Notes: generated by a model from the sequence alone, not told the origin. Positions 45,171-60,347 are shown, counted from the first letter of the stretch. The stretch: DNA of 64,000 nucleotides from Eledone cirrhosa (GCA_964016885.1 OZ024749.1:23002001-23066000), one strand, 5' to 3'. Numbers and translations are program-made.

Positions 45171-45779
45171 ACACCTATTGTAACAGAAATATCATAAACA
45201 TCGACTTACATTTCATAGAAATTTGTGAATACTAATCAACGTAGACACAATCATTAAGATACAATGGTCGCTCATATCAAGCCCTATATGTCCCCTCTGT
45301 AATAATTTTAATTCAGTTCTAATCAAATTGATTATAATTACTCCATTGTTCTTAATTAAAGCAGTCAAAATATTTGATTTCACAATCATACTTGGTAATT
45401 TCAGATTGAAATTGATATCAAAACCTGGATGTGAAGAGAAAACCACGAGATAATGGAAAACGGTTCCTAGTTTAGGCACAAGCCGAGAAAGGTGTTCTGT
45501 CGTCTAATATATACCACAGTAACAAAAACACAGAAATGGCGGTAATGACGTGGTTTAGGTGTCGTAAAATTAATGTTGCGCTCGTGAAAGGCAAGATGGT
45601 GAAGGAGAGGTTTCCGAGATGCAGGAAGGTCAGCCGTTGGTCCCTAAACTACAATTTGGGCAGGGATGGGCGGAATCTGATTAATTACCACAAGACCTTT
45701 TTACATGGCACGCCAGTAATTCTTCCAAGCCACTACTACTACTACTACTACTACTGCTGCTGCTGCTACTGCTGCTAAC

Positions 45780-45966
45780 TAATTGTTTCTACTTTTGGCA
45801 CAAGGCCAGCAATTAACCAGTACATTACTGGTACTTTATTTTATCGACCCCGTAGCGATGAAAGGCAAAGTTAACTTCAACAGGATTTGAACTCAGATCG
45901 TAAAGGGACGAAACTATGCTGGAAAGCATGGCGTCCGACCCTCTACCGATACTGCCAATCCACCGC
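45780..45966 (-). mobile_element. tRNA-derived SINE
   Basis: Full-length family match. Confidence 0.85.
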
Positions 45967-46056
45967 TGCTAAATAATGATTAGTATCACTTTATTTATTG
46001 GCATAAACCACTACAGCTACCATTCCTAACGCCGTCATCACCTCCACCACCACTAA

Positions 46057-46125
<69 letters not shown>

Positions 46126-46469
46126 CAACACCACTACTGCTAGTAATACCACTTCTACTTCAGTAATTTGAAATCCAATCTCCAAGCCAGCGATTACGTA
46201 ACGGCAAATGAGAGAAATGTGATGTCTTTAAAAAAAGAGCGTGTTAGTGTGTCTCTTAAATAGAAATTGTTTTAAGTACATCGTTGAGTAATTACATGAG
46301 TGTCATATGATCTATACATCTATTGGAGCCCACTGATGAGAAACTCCTTAATCACTTCTAATTAAAGTCTTCTCTCATTACTGCAACACTAAATGATAAA
46401 CGTGAGCTAGAGTTAGTATATATCAACGCTGATGAAACCTGATTTATAATAATACATTTGAGAGAAATC

Positions 46470-47120
46470 GGTAATCGGTAGAGCGTCGGACATGCTGTGC
46501 AGTATAGCATAGACTTACGACGGCCCTTTACGTTTTGAGTTCAAATCCCGCCGAGGTTAGCTTTGACTTTCACCCTACGCGGTCGATAAAATAAAATACC
46601 AGTAATGCACTGGGGTCGATTTAATTGAACCCTCGCCCGCGAAATTACATTGTGCCTATAGGAGAACAAATATTATATAACACCAAGAGAGTAATCGGTA
46701 GAGCACCGGGAAACATGTTTTGCAGCATAGCATGGAGTTACAACGGACTTTACGTTTTGAGTTCAATTCCGGCCGAGGTTAGCTCTGCCGTTCATCCATA
46801 CGGGGTGGATAAAATAAAGTACAAGTAATGCACTGGGGTCGATATAATCGACTTACCCCTCCGGAAATTGCTGGCCTTGTACCTAAAGTAGAAGCATAGA
46901 GTCACGACGGCTCTTTTGAGTTCAAATCCCGCCGAGGTTAGGTTTCCCTCTCAGCCTTACGGGGTCGATAAAATAAAGTACCAGTAATGCAATCGAGTCG
47001 GTTTGTTCGACGTTCCCTATCCACGAAAATTGTTGGCATTATGTCTAAATCAAAGCCACAAAGCGGTAGAGTGTCGGACAACATGCGTTGCGTCATAGCA
47101 TATAGTTACGGTCCTTTAGG
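46470..47120 (+). mobile_element. Tandem cluster of 3-4 SINE copies
   Basis: B boxes at ~46537, ~46759, ~46918; extra head at ~47065. Confidence 0.8.
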
Positions 47121-47340
47121 TTCTTGCTCTATCTCTCTTTCACCTGCCCTTCCCTTCTCTCTCTCTCTATTCCCATCCCCTCTCTGTTCTGTTGCATTCC
47201 TCTCTCTGTCTCACTCCTCTAATTCTCCAACCTCCACTCTCCCTGTTTCCCCTTTCTTCTATCTTTCATCCTTCTCTCTCTCTCTGCTCTCTCTCTCAAT
47301 CCTTACACCCCCCCCTCCACTTTCTCAATATCGTCCCTCT

Positions 47341-47437
<97 letters not shown>

Positions 47438-47690
47438 CCCTGGTCTCAATTACACCTATCTATCTCTATCTGCCTCACTCTGCCTCCCCTCTATCTTTTA
47501 CAAACTTTTCCTTCTTTCTCTCTCTATCTGTCTCTCTCTCTCTTTCTCCAACAACTGCTACTCCCTCTCACTAACGCCTACCTATCTCTATCTCCCTCAC
47601 TCCCTCCTCTCTATCCTTCACAACCTTTTCTTCTCTCCCTCTCCCTCTCTATCTCTATCTCCCTCTCTCCTCCTCTCTCTCCTCTCACAG

Positions 47691-47917
47691 ACCTGAGTCA
47701 ACGACACGTTAGCTACAAATCTCACCAATTGTTTACATTACAATAGAATTCCCATTAAACTCCCCGCTGTGTCTTCTAATAACTTCTCTCTTGTCACTGA
47801 TACTCAAACTCACTGGTGCCGACCTTTCAAATATAAACATAAACAAACATACAACAAACACAAACAAGGAAAATAACATAGAAGATATGATATACAGAGA
47901 CTGTCACTTCCAGCCTG
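47691..47917 (+). other. Possible host exon (unconfirmed)
   Basis: Unique sequence between a polypyrimidine-CAG and GTGAGG; frame open from 47713 (..LCLLITSLLSLILKLTGADL..DCHFQP). Confidence 0.2.
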
Positions 47918-49637
47918 GTGAGGGAGAGGGGGATGATAATGAGGGAGAGGAGGAGGAGGAGGGGGAAGAAGAAGAAGAAGAAGAAGAAGAAGAAGAAGAA
48001 GAAGAAGAAGAAGAAGAAGAAGAAGAAGAAGAAGAAGAAGAAGAAGAAGAATAAGAAGGGATGAGGGGGAGAGGAGGGAACAGAAGAAGAAGAAGCAGAA
48101 GGAGGCGGAGGAGAAGAAGAAGAAGAAGGAGGAGGAGGAGGAGGAGGAGGAGGAGGAGGAGGAGGAGAAGAAGTTGAAGTAGGAGGAGAAGAAGAAGAAA
48201 AAGAAGAAGAAGAAGAAGAAGAAGAAGAAGAAGAAGAAGGAGGAGGAGGCGAAGAAGAAGAAGAAGAAGAAGAAGAAGAAGAAGAAGAAGAAGAAGAAGA
48301 AGAAGATTAACAACCACAACAACGAAAACAACACAACAACAATACCAACAACGATAGCAAACAAGAGGAATAATATCAACAGCAAGTGCAGCAGTAAGAA
48401 AAAAAAAAACAATATTGAAAACAACAACAGCACCTGTAGCAAGATCAGCAACAACAATAACAGCAGCAAAAAATATGAAAACCGCCAATTTGCCTATGGC
48501 CGCCTCTAAAAAGCAAAATTTCCGTGGACCTATTAAAACTACCAGATTAGGAAATGGTTGAGAATAAGAGCACCAAAAACTACATTAAGGTCAAAATCTT
48601 AAAAGCAACCACACCAGATGCCCCTTCGTGCGGGTTACACAAGAGTCTCATTCAGGCCTTAGACAGAGCGACCTGTTCGAAAAATATATTACACTCTCTA
48701 TTTAACGTTGTAAAATTTGGCGATGGGCCAGCAACATGATCAAGGAATCGTGGGCTAAATTCACAAATCTTGCAAATTCTGAGAACACATAGTAAGTCCA
48801 AAACATTTAACAATTGAAAACAAATATTTATTTCAGTAATATACATCTATTGGAGACCACTAATGAGAAGCTTCTTAATCATCTTTAATTAAAGTTTTCT
48901 CTCATTACTGCATCAATAATCCTCTTATTTCTTCAATTATAAAATGCAAATTCATTTTTTCCAATTATATTTGTATATTGGATTATATTTACAAAAAAAA
49001 ACAAAAAAAAAACAGGCATGCTTTAAAATAATAATATTTAAATGATCCCTCTTTACCCCCAAAAGGTTCTGGAATATTGTCTTCATTGTGTCTAGGCCAT
49101 ATTGCAGTAGTTTGTGGTGGTTTCATTCGCACCAATCACCAATCAATCTAATATTTTTCACAGACACACGAAAACTAGTTTTTTTTAGAGGCGACATGTA
49201 CTAGCTTAGTAGTAGCTATATTAATGTGTTGAGGGCTTTCTTAGGAGTCATCTACGCTAATAATTTACCATCTACCCTAATAATTTACCACTGTTGGTCC
49301 GAGGCTGCTTATTTGTCCGGCAGGTGCCCGCTCGTATCATAAATTACCATATCTGGTGACTCTGCCACTATCAACCACCTGCAACCCGGTCTCTAGCAGA
49401 ACAGTTAAAGGCCAAACAGAAAAAGGAGAATTAAGCCACGAATGGAAGAGGGAGAGGAGGGACAGACCCTATAGAGGTTCTCAGTCGTTTTCGGTCACCA
49501 CTCGCCGCCCCACCCTTACGGCCACGTAATACCTCCAGCGCCCCTAACTCTAATGTCCAGAGAGACCTGCCTACACGCAAATTATAAATAATATATAAAT
49601 AAATAAAATCGTTAATTTATATATAATAAATAATATA

Positions 49638-49810
49638 ATTGTTTCTACTTTAGGCACAAGGCCAGCAAGTACCCAGTGCATTACTGGTACTTTATTTTAT
49701 CGACCCCGTAAGGATGAAAGGCAAAGTCAACCTCGGCGGGATTTGAACTCAGATCGTAAAAGGACGTAACTATGGTGGAAAGCATGGCGTTCGACCCTCC
49801 ACCGATACTG
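49638..49810 (-). mobile_element. tRNA-derived SINE
   Basis: Family match. Confidence 0.85.
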
Positions 49811-50920
49811 GATATTTAATATACTATTATATCATCTCTAACGCCCCTCCACCACCACCTTAATCAACAGGGCCCCCTGGACCTTCTCAACGCCTCCGGG
49901 GGTGGTAGTACCCACTTTGATAACTTCTGCTCTACACCCAAGTCTGTTAGGTGATTATTCTCTGTCTCTTGATCTTAAGATAATATTTCGATAATTATTC
50001 TTTATGATGTTCCTATTCTCAGGTGGCTTATGAATGATCAGAGAAATTAATCAACTAATTTACCTGTGACAGCTAATCATATACTTAGAATAACGTACGT
50101 AACAAAATAAGAATTTAAATTAATTAAAATTTACATTATAATTGGAAAAAAGAAAACAATCTTATTTAGTGTTAACTTTTAGTGAGTCTGGAACAAAAAT
50201 GGAGATAAAATAAAAGACAGAGATTGAACAAACGAGAATATAAGAAAATGAAAAAAAAAGGGGTCTTGAGAGAAAAAAACATTTAAGAAAGGGAAAAGCG
50301 GTTAATAAAGGGGGAAAAGCACTACATTCTTTACTGTGTCTCGAACAAACAGTGGAGATAATTAGAAGAAATGAATATTTGGGTATAGAGTGAACAGAGA
50401 GAATGCAAGAAAATGAAGAAAAAAGGGGTTGAAAAGGAAAAAAAGGACGTAAAGAAGGGAAAAAACCCTACGTTCTTTGCTGTGAGGTACAAGTGAGTTC
50501 TGCTTCAAAGGATAATGATAAAGATCCCATTATTCCATGTGTGGAGTCGTAGAGACACCGTCATACGGCGTGTCTAGGGCACGTTCAAATCTGGCCGAGC
50601 CCAACCCTCTCCAGTTTTGAACGGTGCCAATTTTTTCTATAGATGAAGAAACGACCCCAGTACTGGTACTTTTTTTTATCGGCGTCGAAAGGATGAAAGG
50701 CAAAATTGGCCAGAGCGCGAAATGAGGTGGTACGAATACCGTAAAGCATTCTTTTCGAGGTCTTAACGAATCTGCCACTTCGCCACCATCTACTTCAAAG
50801 ACAATGTGGTGAAAGCATTTCCGCAAACAAACAGTCAGCAACACACAGTGCATCACTCATTTGAAACCACGAGCATATTTCTTCAAGCAACATTCATTCC
50901 ACAAGCTGGGGGAAGATAAT

Positions 50921-51981
50921 GATTTCTTTATTAACCACAAGGGTTTACATAAAGTAGACATTAAGGACAGTGCAGGACAACGCAGGACGGTACAAATGGG
51001 CATTTCTGCGTGTAAAAAACAAAAACAGAGGATGTAACAAAAATAACAATGAAAAATTCCCCAATAGGGGGGAGACTTCGGAGGGACATTTGTGGAGAAA
51101 GCCCAGTAAAAAGCCACAATGACCCTAACCACCAAGGCAAGTGCCCTCTCCCAGTTTTCCACCTTTAATTTACAGATATATGCTCAGAGTAGGCCCATTC
51201 ACTCGGGCCATTCTTGCTTCTCTCACCCATCTTTCAACAAAATGCTGGGAAGAGAGCACTTCCCTCTCTACTCTGATTTTCCTTTTCAAATGAAATTTGA
51301 AAAAGTCAATCAGAGCATCACCGAAGAGGTAAGTGCTCGTCTTCAGCCCTTTCAAACGTGTCCACCATACTATCTCTTTCGCCATGGCCACCAGGCAGAT
51401 AAAAACTGCCTGCCCTTCCCGGCTAAAGGAGGAGGGCGGGGCAATCCTCACGATGGACTCAGATGATAGCCGGATCCGTCCTAAACGCGACAGCAGGTGT
51501 TCGACATAAACCCACAAGTCAGCAATTTTCGGACACTGGACGAGTGCGTGCAGGACGGTTTCGTCGCCCTGCGCGCATCTCGGACATGTCCGGCTGACGG
51601 CACCTCCATGCCTGTAGAGTTTATCCCGAACTGGCAAGGCTCCTCGGTAGCACTGCCAGGCCAGAGATTTCTGGAAGTTGTCCATAGGCCCTGGCCCGAA
51701 AGTTCTTCCGAAGAGATTGGCTAGTTGATTTTCGTCGACGCCTAGAGTTTCCCCAAGTACGTCGTCGCTCTTCCCCTCCACTAATCCTCTATAGAACGCC
51801 GAGGTGGAGTTTCCACCGATCACATTGCCCGATTGGTCGAGGGCTGTGAGCGCCTGAAGACATTCCAGTCTCCAGGCGCTCCCTCTCGGTCTTCGCTTGA
51901 CCCAGGACTGCAGCTCCGTCAAGGAAACGAGCTGGGGAAACACGCGTCTAGCAAACGGCGACCACACCTGATCACCGTCGA
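50921..51981 (-). mobile_element. 5'-truncated Tx1/L1-like LINE with 10-bp TSD
   Basis: Open frame 51170-51981 with zf-RVT CPRC..ETVLHALVQC; TSD GGAAGATAAT at 50911-50920/51982-51991. Confidence 0.9.
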
Positions 51982-52107
51982 GGAAGATAATACGAAAGAT
52001 TTCGATAGAAACAGATACAATGAGGAAAGTTTGATAGAAAAAATATGTTGCTTCTGTCACGATTAAGATATAATGTATGTAATGACTTCATTTTCTAACA
52101 GTTGTGA

Positions 52108-52325
52108 GGGCGGTAGATTGGCAGAATCGATAGAGCGTCGGAAATATGTTTCACAGCTTAGAGTTACGGCCCTTTGCGTTCTGAGTTCAAATCCCGCCGA
52201 GGTTAGCTTTGCCTTTCAGCTGTACGGAGTCAATAAAATATAGAACCAGTAATGCACGGCGGCCGATTTAATCGACTTTCCCCTCCTCTAAAATTGTTAG
52301 CCTTTTGCCTAAATCAGAAACCCTT
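52108..52325 (+). mobile_element. tRNA-derived SINE
   Basis: Family match. Confidence 0.82.
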
Positions 52326-52723
52326 ATCTAACAGTTGTGGATTTTGAACAAGATATGACCATTCTTCTTTCAACTAGGTTGCTAGAACACAACAAATAGC
52401 TACTGGGTATATTTTATGCATATTCTGAATAAGTGATGCGTGTTCAATGCTTAATATTTTTCTGTATACTGCAGTTTTAGTAACTATTGTCTGCGGAATA
52501 TTACTTAGAAACGGAACCGTCCAGGAGTTGGTTACGTGAGGTGTTTTTACCAAAACACTGTCATAATACTCCTTGAATAACTATATTGTGTGCACTCTGA
52601 ATTTGAGCATGCAGTCTCACAACTTGCAAGCGTATTGTCTCATTGAATGAATGGGTCATGGCCCGAGTTTAATGAAATACCTTCAGTGACTTTCGTAAAA
52701 CGTGTATCAATATCATTAATGGA

Positions 52724-52900
52724 GTGGAGACTTCTGGTGTTCTCGGCTCAAGGACCACCTCCCTATTCACCACCATGGGTACGGAGTTGGCACCCCGAAG
52801 GTGTGAGTCTCACGAGATGGAATGGCTCTTCCAACGCGTCTCCCTCATCATCCTCCGGCGAAACTCCTTCTCTATTTTGTCTGCCGGGACCACGGGGCGG
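52724..52900 (+). pseudogene. C-terminal fragment of a CRE-like non-LTR retrotransposon (RLE end)
   Basis: ETSGVLG..WLFQRVSLIILRRNSFSI resembles the ET.G..G / QR.S....RGNA motif. Confidence 0.6.
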
Positions 52901-52933
52901 CCAGCGCATGGGCTCCTATTTGCATATAATAAT

Positions 52934-53118
52934 TTTTTTCTATTTTTTGCACAAGGCCAGCAATTATCTCAGTGCATTACTGGTACTTTGTTTTATCGAC
53001 CCCGTAGGGATGAAAGGCAAAGTTAACCTCGGCAGGATTTGAACTCATACCGTAAAGGGACGTAACTCTATGCTGCAAAGCATGCCGTCCGGACCTCTAC
53101 CGATACTCCAATCCACCG
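52934..53118 (-). mobile_element. tRNA-derived SINE with 18-bp TSD
   Basis: TSD CTATTTGCATATAATAAT at 52916-52933/53119-53136. Confidence 0.88.
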
Positions 53119-53631
53119 CTATTTGCATATAATAATGAGAGAGCGGGAGAGTGACAGAGACGGAGACAGTGAGTTAAATTGAAAGAATATCAACATGAAG
53201 TCAACAGCCTCAGGAAAAGACATTCTTGTGAATTATAATTAATTTAAAAAAGAAGGCGATTTGAAATATCATTCTTATACAATAAGATGAGTTAATATAA
53301 CAATTATACTAAAAACAATGGTGGAAAAGTTGAAATTTGCTTAGGGTTTCGGTTATAGTGTTTAGGTTCTGGGCGATTATTTTGTAGGAAAATTATTTTA
53401 AATAGATATTAAGAGGTAAACAATAATATGTCAATGGGAAGGTCAAATGCCATTAGAGGTCAATTTTAATAATATTTACGTCACAACGTGAAAGGTCATA
53501 CCGTGGGCTGCTCTGATGAGGGGTGATAGATATAAATCTACAAATAAAATATTAGTAAATTACTGATCCCATTATTTATCTATCTAACTATCTATCTGTC
53601 CGCCTATCTATCTATCTATCTATCTATCTAA

Positions 53632-53684
<53 letters not shown>

Positions 53685-53719
53685 AACCAATCTATCTATC
53701 TATCTATTTATCTATTTAT

Positions 53720-53778
<59 letters not shown>

Positions 53779-53779
53779 T

Positions 53780-54474
<695 letters not shown>

Positions 54475-54536
54475 TATATACATACATACACACATAGATA
54501 CATACACAGATACATACATTCAATATACATACATGC

Positions 54537-55376
54537 ATGGTGGCTGCCAACTCGTTTTCGAGTACGGCCACTACTTTATATCCATGTAGGAGAACTCCAA
54601 CCGATGCGCTGAACGAGTGTTACTTTTTAGTCCAGCCAGCGACTTGAAAACTCTGGTACAAACAATACACTTGTGACAATCATTGACAGAGTGCTGGGCT
54701 CATGGTACCATGTGACGACAAGTGCAGAGAGATCTCCAGATATAAAGCAATGCCTGTGCTGTGAAGCTTTTATAGTGAGCAAAGGCACATATATACATAC
54801 ATACATACATATATGGTGGCTGCCAACTCGTTTTCGAGTACGGCCACTACTTTATATCCATGTAGGAGAACCCCTACCGATGCGCTGAACGAGTGTGACT
54901 TTTTAGTCCAGCCAGCGACTTGAAAACTCTGGTACAAACACTACACTTGTGACAATTATTGACACATAGTGCTTTGCCTTTGGTACCATATATATATATA
55001 TACATACATACATACATACATACATACTTACATACATACATGTGTATGTATATGTATAAACAGTATCTGGTATTTGTTGTATTAAGTGTAAGGAATCACA
55101 ACCATACATACATATATACATACATACATACATACATACATACATACATACATACTTACATACATACATGTGTATGTATATGTATAAACAGTATCTGGTA
55201 TTTGTTGTATTAAGTGTAAGGAATCACAACCAGATATAAAGCAATGCCTCTGCCGTGACGCTTTTACATGTGAGCAAAGGCAGATGCACACATACATACA
55301 TACATACATACATGTGTATGTATGTGTATAAACAGTATCTGGTCTTTGTTGTATTAAGTACAAGGAATCACAACCA
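54537..55376. repeat. Mosaic of direct repeats separated by (TACA)n
   Basis: ~150 bp x2 (54537/54813), ~50 bp x2 (54737/55231), ~66 bp x3 (55039/55167/55311). Confidence 0.8.
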
Positions 55377-55559
55377 CGCATTTATCAACTGCAAGAATAC
55401 AGTTAGAAATACCCCCCCTCTCTCTCTCTCTAGACACAAGACATCCGCCATATTGGCTAGGTACGTGATTCACTGGACAACTAAAATTTTGCCAAAAGTC
55501 TTTCTTATTTAATTGCTCTGATCTATAAAATGTCTAATCACTTTTGGTTGGTATTGTGG

Positions 55560-57486
55560 CCATTGCTGTTGGTAGTGATGGTGTTGACGTAGGTGGTGGT
55601 GGTGGTGTTGGTGGTGGTGTTGGTGGTGATGGTGGTGGTGATGGTGGTGGTGATGGTGGTTGCTGTGGTGACGGTGGTGATGGTGGTGGTGGTGGTGGTG
55701 GTGATGGTGGTTGCTGTGGTGGTGGTGGTGGTGGTGGTGGTGATGGTGGTGATGGTGGTGATGGTTGTGGTGATGGTGGTGGTGGTGGTGGTGATGGTGG
55801 TGATGGTGTTGGTGGTGGTGGTGGTGGTGGTGATGGTGGTTGCTGTGGTGGTGGTGGTGATGGTGGTGATGGTGGTGGTGGTGGTGGTGATGGTGGTGGT
55901 GGTGGTGATGGTGGTGATGGTGTCGGTGGTGATGGTGGTGGTGATGGTGTCGGTGGTGATGGTGGTGGTGATGGTGGTGATGGTGGTGATGGTGGTGGTG
56001 GTGGTGGTGATGGTGGTGGTGGTGGTGATGGTGGTGGTGGTGGTGATGGTGGTTGCTGTGTGTGGTGGTGGTGGTGGTGGTGGTGATGGTGGTGATGGTG
56101 TTGGTGGTGGTGATGGTTAGTGTGGGGGTGTTGGTGAGAGTTAGTGTGGTGGTGGTGGTGGTGACGGTGGTAATGGTGATGGTGGTGGTCGTGATGGTTA
56201 GTGTGTAGTGGTGATGGTGGTGGCGGTGGTGGTGTTGGTTAGTGTGGTAGTAGTGATGGTGGCGATGGTGAGGCTGGTGGAAATTGTTGTGGTAGATGTT
56301 ATTGTTGTTTGTGGTGATAGTATAGGTGATGGTAGTGATGTTAGTGGTGGTGTTGGTGGTGGTGGTAGGGGTGATGGTATTGATCTTAGTGGTGGTGTTG
56401 GTGGTGATGTTGGTGGTGGCGGTGGTGATGGTATTGACGTGTGTGGTGATAGTTTTGGTGATGGTAGTGATGTTAGTGTTGGTGTTGGTGGTGGTGGTAG
56501 GGGTGATGGTGTTGGTGGTGGTGTTGGTGGTGGTGGTGGTGGTATTGATCTTGGTGGTGGTGTTGGTGGTGGTGTTGGTGGTGGTGTTGGTGGTGGTGTT
56601 GGTGGTGGCGGTGGTGATGGTATTGACGTGTGTGGTGATAGTTTTGGTGATGGTAGTGATGTTAGTGGTGGTGTTGGTGGTGGTGGTAGGGGTGATGGTA
56701 TTGATCTTAGTGGTGGTGTTGGTGGTGGTGTTGGTGGTGGTGTTGGTGGTGGCAGTGGTGATGGTATTGACGTGTGTGGTGATAGTTTTGGCGATGGCAG
56801 TGATGTTAGTGGTGGTGTTGGTGGTGGTGGTAGGGGTGATGGTATTGATCTTAGTGGTGGTGTTGGTGGTGGTGTTGGTGGTGGTGTTGGTGGTGGCGGT
56901 GGAGATGGTATTGACGTGTGTGGTGATAGTTTTGTTGATGGTAGTGATGTTGTTGTTGTTGTTGGTAGTGGTATTGTGTTGGGTGGTGTTAGTGGTGATT
57001 GTGGTGATATTGGTGGTACTGCTGGTGGTGATTGTAGTGGTGGTAGTACTGGTGGTGGTGATAGTAGTGGTGGTGGTACTGGTGGTGGTGGTGATCATGA
57101 TGCTGGTTGTTGTGGTGGAAATGGTGGTTGTGGAGATGGTGGCCATTATTGTGGTGTTGGTATGGTTGGGAGGTGATAGTGATGCTCTCGTTGTTAATGT
57201 CACCATTGTTACCAATGTTCCAGTTGTTGTTGTTGTTGTCACTCTCGATACTGCTGGTACTGCGGCTGTTGTTGTTGTTGTAATTACTGCTTCTGCTGCA
57301 GCTGGCTTTACCGCCATTGTTCTCGTTGCTGTTGTTGATTTCTGTACTGATATTGTTACTGTTGTTATTACTGTTGTTGTTACTCTTGTTGTTATTGCAG
57401 CTATTTTCTGCTGTTGTTGTTTTTGTAGGTGTTGTTGTTGTTATGTTATCATTGCTACTATTGTTGTTGATATCATTGCTGTTGCT

Positions 57487-57523
<37 letters not shown>

Positions 57524-57625
57524 GTTGTTGTTGTTGTGGTGGTTCTTCTTCTTCTTCTTCTTCTTCTTCTTCTTCTTCTTCTTCTTCTTCTTCTTCTTCT
57601 TCTTCTTCTTCTTCTTCTTCTTCCT
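55560..57625. repeat. (GGT)n/(GTT)n tract with ~130-170-bp higher-order units
   Basis: GGTATTGACGTGTGTGGTGATAGTTTTG recurs four times at ~56430-56930. Confidence 0.9.
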
Positions 57626-57824
57626 GTACTTTTCTACCGATTTAGCGACTGCTACTGATTACCATAGCAACATTATATCAACACATCTGTGACAAGTTCA
57701 CCAACCTGTCACAGATCACAGTGATATATGAATCAGGCTGACAGCCAAATAAAGCAACAGCTTCTGAAAACCATCATAGTTCTGAAGAGTAATTATCTTC
57801 GTCGGTCGATTGGCAGTATCGGTA

Positions 57825-58362
57825 GAGGGTCAGACGCCATGCTTTGACACATAGAGTTACGGCCCTTGCCATTCTGAGTTCAAATCCCGCCGAGGTTAAC
57901 TTTGCCTTTCATCCTTACGGGATCGATAAAATAAAGTACCAGCCACGCACTGGGGTCGATTTAATCGACTTCCCTTTCCCCCCAAATTGATGGCCTTCTG
58001 CCTATATAAGAAACCACTATATTACACCACACCACATTACACGACACGACACGACACCATACCACACCACAACACACTACACCACACCACACTACACCAC
58101 ACCACACCACATTACACCACACCACACTACACTACGCCACACCACACTACACGACACGACACGACACCACACTACACCACACCACACCACATTATACCAC
58201 ACCAAAACACAACACAGCATACGACATCACATAAAATTACACTTCACCACATTATATTATCCCATTGTTCAAATCCCGTGGATAAAATAAAGTACCAGTA
58301 ATACACTGGCGTCGATTGAATCGACTTTCCTTTCCCCCAAAATTGCCTGCCTTGTGCCTATA
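57825..58362 (+). mobile_element. SINE (57825-58020) and headless SINE (58268-58362)
   Basis: Family match. Confidence 0.78.
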
Positions 58363-58366
58363 GCAG

Positions 58367-58708
58367 CCATTGTGAAGAACCACTCACCTCCTTCCTATGG
58401 TCAGAAATTGCAGGAAGTTTTTATCTGTCTGGGTGCCAAGACATCAGGGGTTGTGTGGTGGACAAAATTAGAAAGGGCTGAACACAGAGATTTCTACTTT
58501 GACCAGGTTCTTATAGACTTTTCAAGTTTATGTTGAGAGGGAAATTGTAAATGGAGAGGTGAGGGCTACCTTGGAGCAGTGTTGATGTGAGGGGATGACA
58601 CAATGGAGAGGTGAGGGCTACCTTGGAGCAGTGTTGATGTGAGGGGATGACACAATGGAGAGGTGAGGGCTACCTTGCAGCAGTGTTGATGTGAAGGGAT
58701 GACACAAT
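58367..58708 (+). mobile_element. Decayed Tx1/L1-like fragment followed by 3 x ~52-bp tandem repeat
   Basis: IVK..PPSYG..VFICL..VVWWTKL matches the 51170 ORF; unit ATGGAGAGGTGAGGGCTACCTTGGAGCAGTGTTGATGTGAGGGGATGACACA at 58551-58708. Confidence 0.6.
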
Positions 58709-59619
58709 GAAGAAAACGACGAATATGATTACTGCGATGACGATAACGTTAATGATAATAATATTGATAATGATGATGATGATGATGATGACGACGACGA
58801 CGACGATGATGGTGGTGGTGGTGATGATGATGATGATGATGATGATGGTACTTGTGGTGGTGATGGTGGTGACGATGTTGGTGGTGATGATGATGATGAT
58901 GATAGTTGTGGTGGTGATGATGGTGGTGATGATGACGGTGGTGATGGTGATGGTGGTGGCGGTAGTGGTGGTGGTGGTGGTGACGATGGTGATGATGATG
59001 GTGATGGTGTTGATAATTGTGGCGGTAATGATGGTGGTGATGGTGGTGATGATGGCAACGATAACAATGATGGTGGTGATGGTGTGGTACAATCATGCGA
59101 AAACAAGAGAAGAAGAAGAAGAAGAAGAAGAAGAAGAAGAAGAAGAAGAAGAAGAAGAAGAAGAAGAAGAAGAAGAAGAAGAAGAAGAAGAAGAAAAAGA
59201 AGAAGAAGAAGAAGAAGAAGAAGAAGAAGAAGAAGAAGAAGAAGAAGAAGAAGAAGAAGAAGAAGAAGAAGAACAACAACAACAACAACAACAACAGCAG
59301 CAACAACAGCGTCAAGAACAACAACAACAGCAGCAGCAAAAGCAACTATTTCGATATTAAATTAAAAAGTTTGAGTATGGTGGGTAGTGCTGGGTATGTA
59401 TGGATGAGTGTAGGTATAAGAGGAGAAGAAGAAGGGTGGAGTGATGGTGGGAGGAGAGGAAGGAGGAGGATGTAGTGGTGGTGGCGGAGGTTGAGGAGTC
59501 GAGGCCACAAATGAGGTAAAGATGCGAAGATAATAGAAATATTTCCCCAGTAAACAGGAAACCATGCTGAGGTTGGGAAACTTAATTTGACTTTTAGAAA
59601 TTAGAAGCTGTTTCAAATT

Positions 59620-59652
<33 letters not shown>

Positions 59653-59705
59653 CACACAAACGGAAACACACACACACACACACACACGCACACACACACA
59701 CACAG

Positions 59706-59737
<32 letters not shown>

Positions 59738-59854
59738 ACACACATGCATACACACACACACCGCATACACATACATATACATACATCCATACACAAATGT
59801 AAATACAAGCACAAATATATATTTATATAAGTGTATACATGCATATATACATGC

Positions 59855-59919
<65 letters not shown>

Positions 59920-59975
59920 TATGTATATACGTATATATATACACACACACATAATATATGTGTGTGTGTGTGTGC

Positions 59976-60024
<49 letters not shown>

Positions 60025-60347
60025 CGTATGAGTATATGTGTGTGTATATTTATATATGTACATATATGCACCCGTTCATATACATACATGCTTGCTATTG
60101 ATTGTAAATCTTCTAAACTTATTGATCATATATCGTAATTACTTATACCCCCGTCATGTGGAGCGACTTGTTTGAGTTTTTTAATTTCTATCGTATTTAT
60201 ACAAGTTTACATACCATATATATTATATATACTATATATATATACTATGTCTGAATGTGTGTGCGTTTGTGTGTATGTTTGTTTATATGTGTATGTATGT
60301 GTGGGGTGTGTGAGCGTGTTTATAAGTGTTTATATGTATGTATAGTG

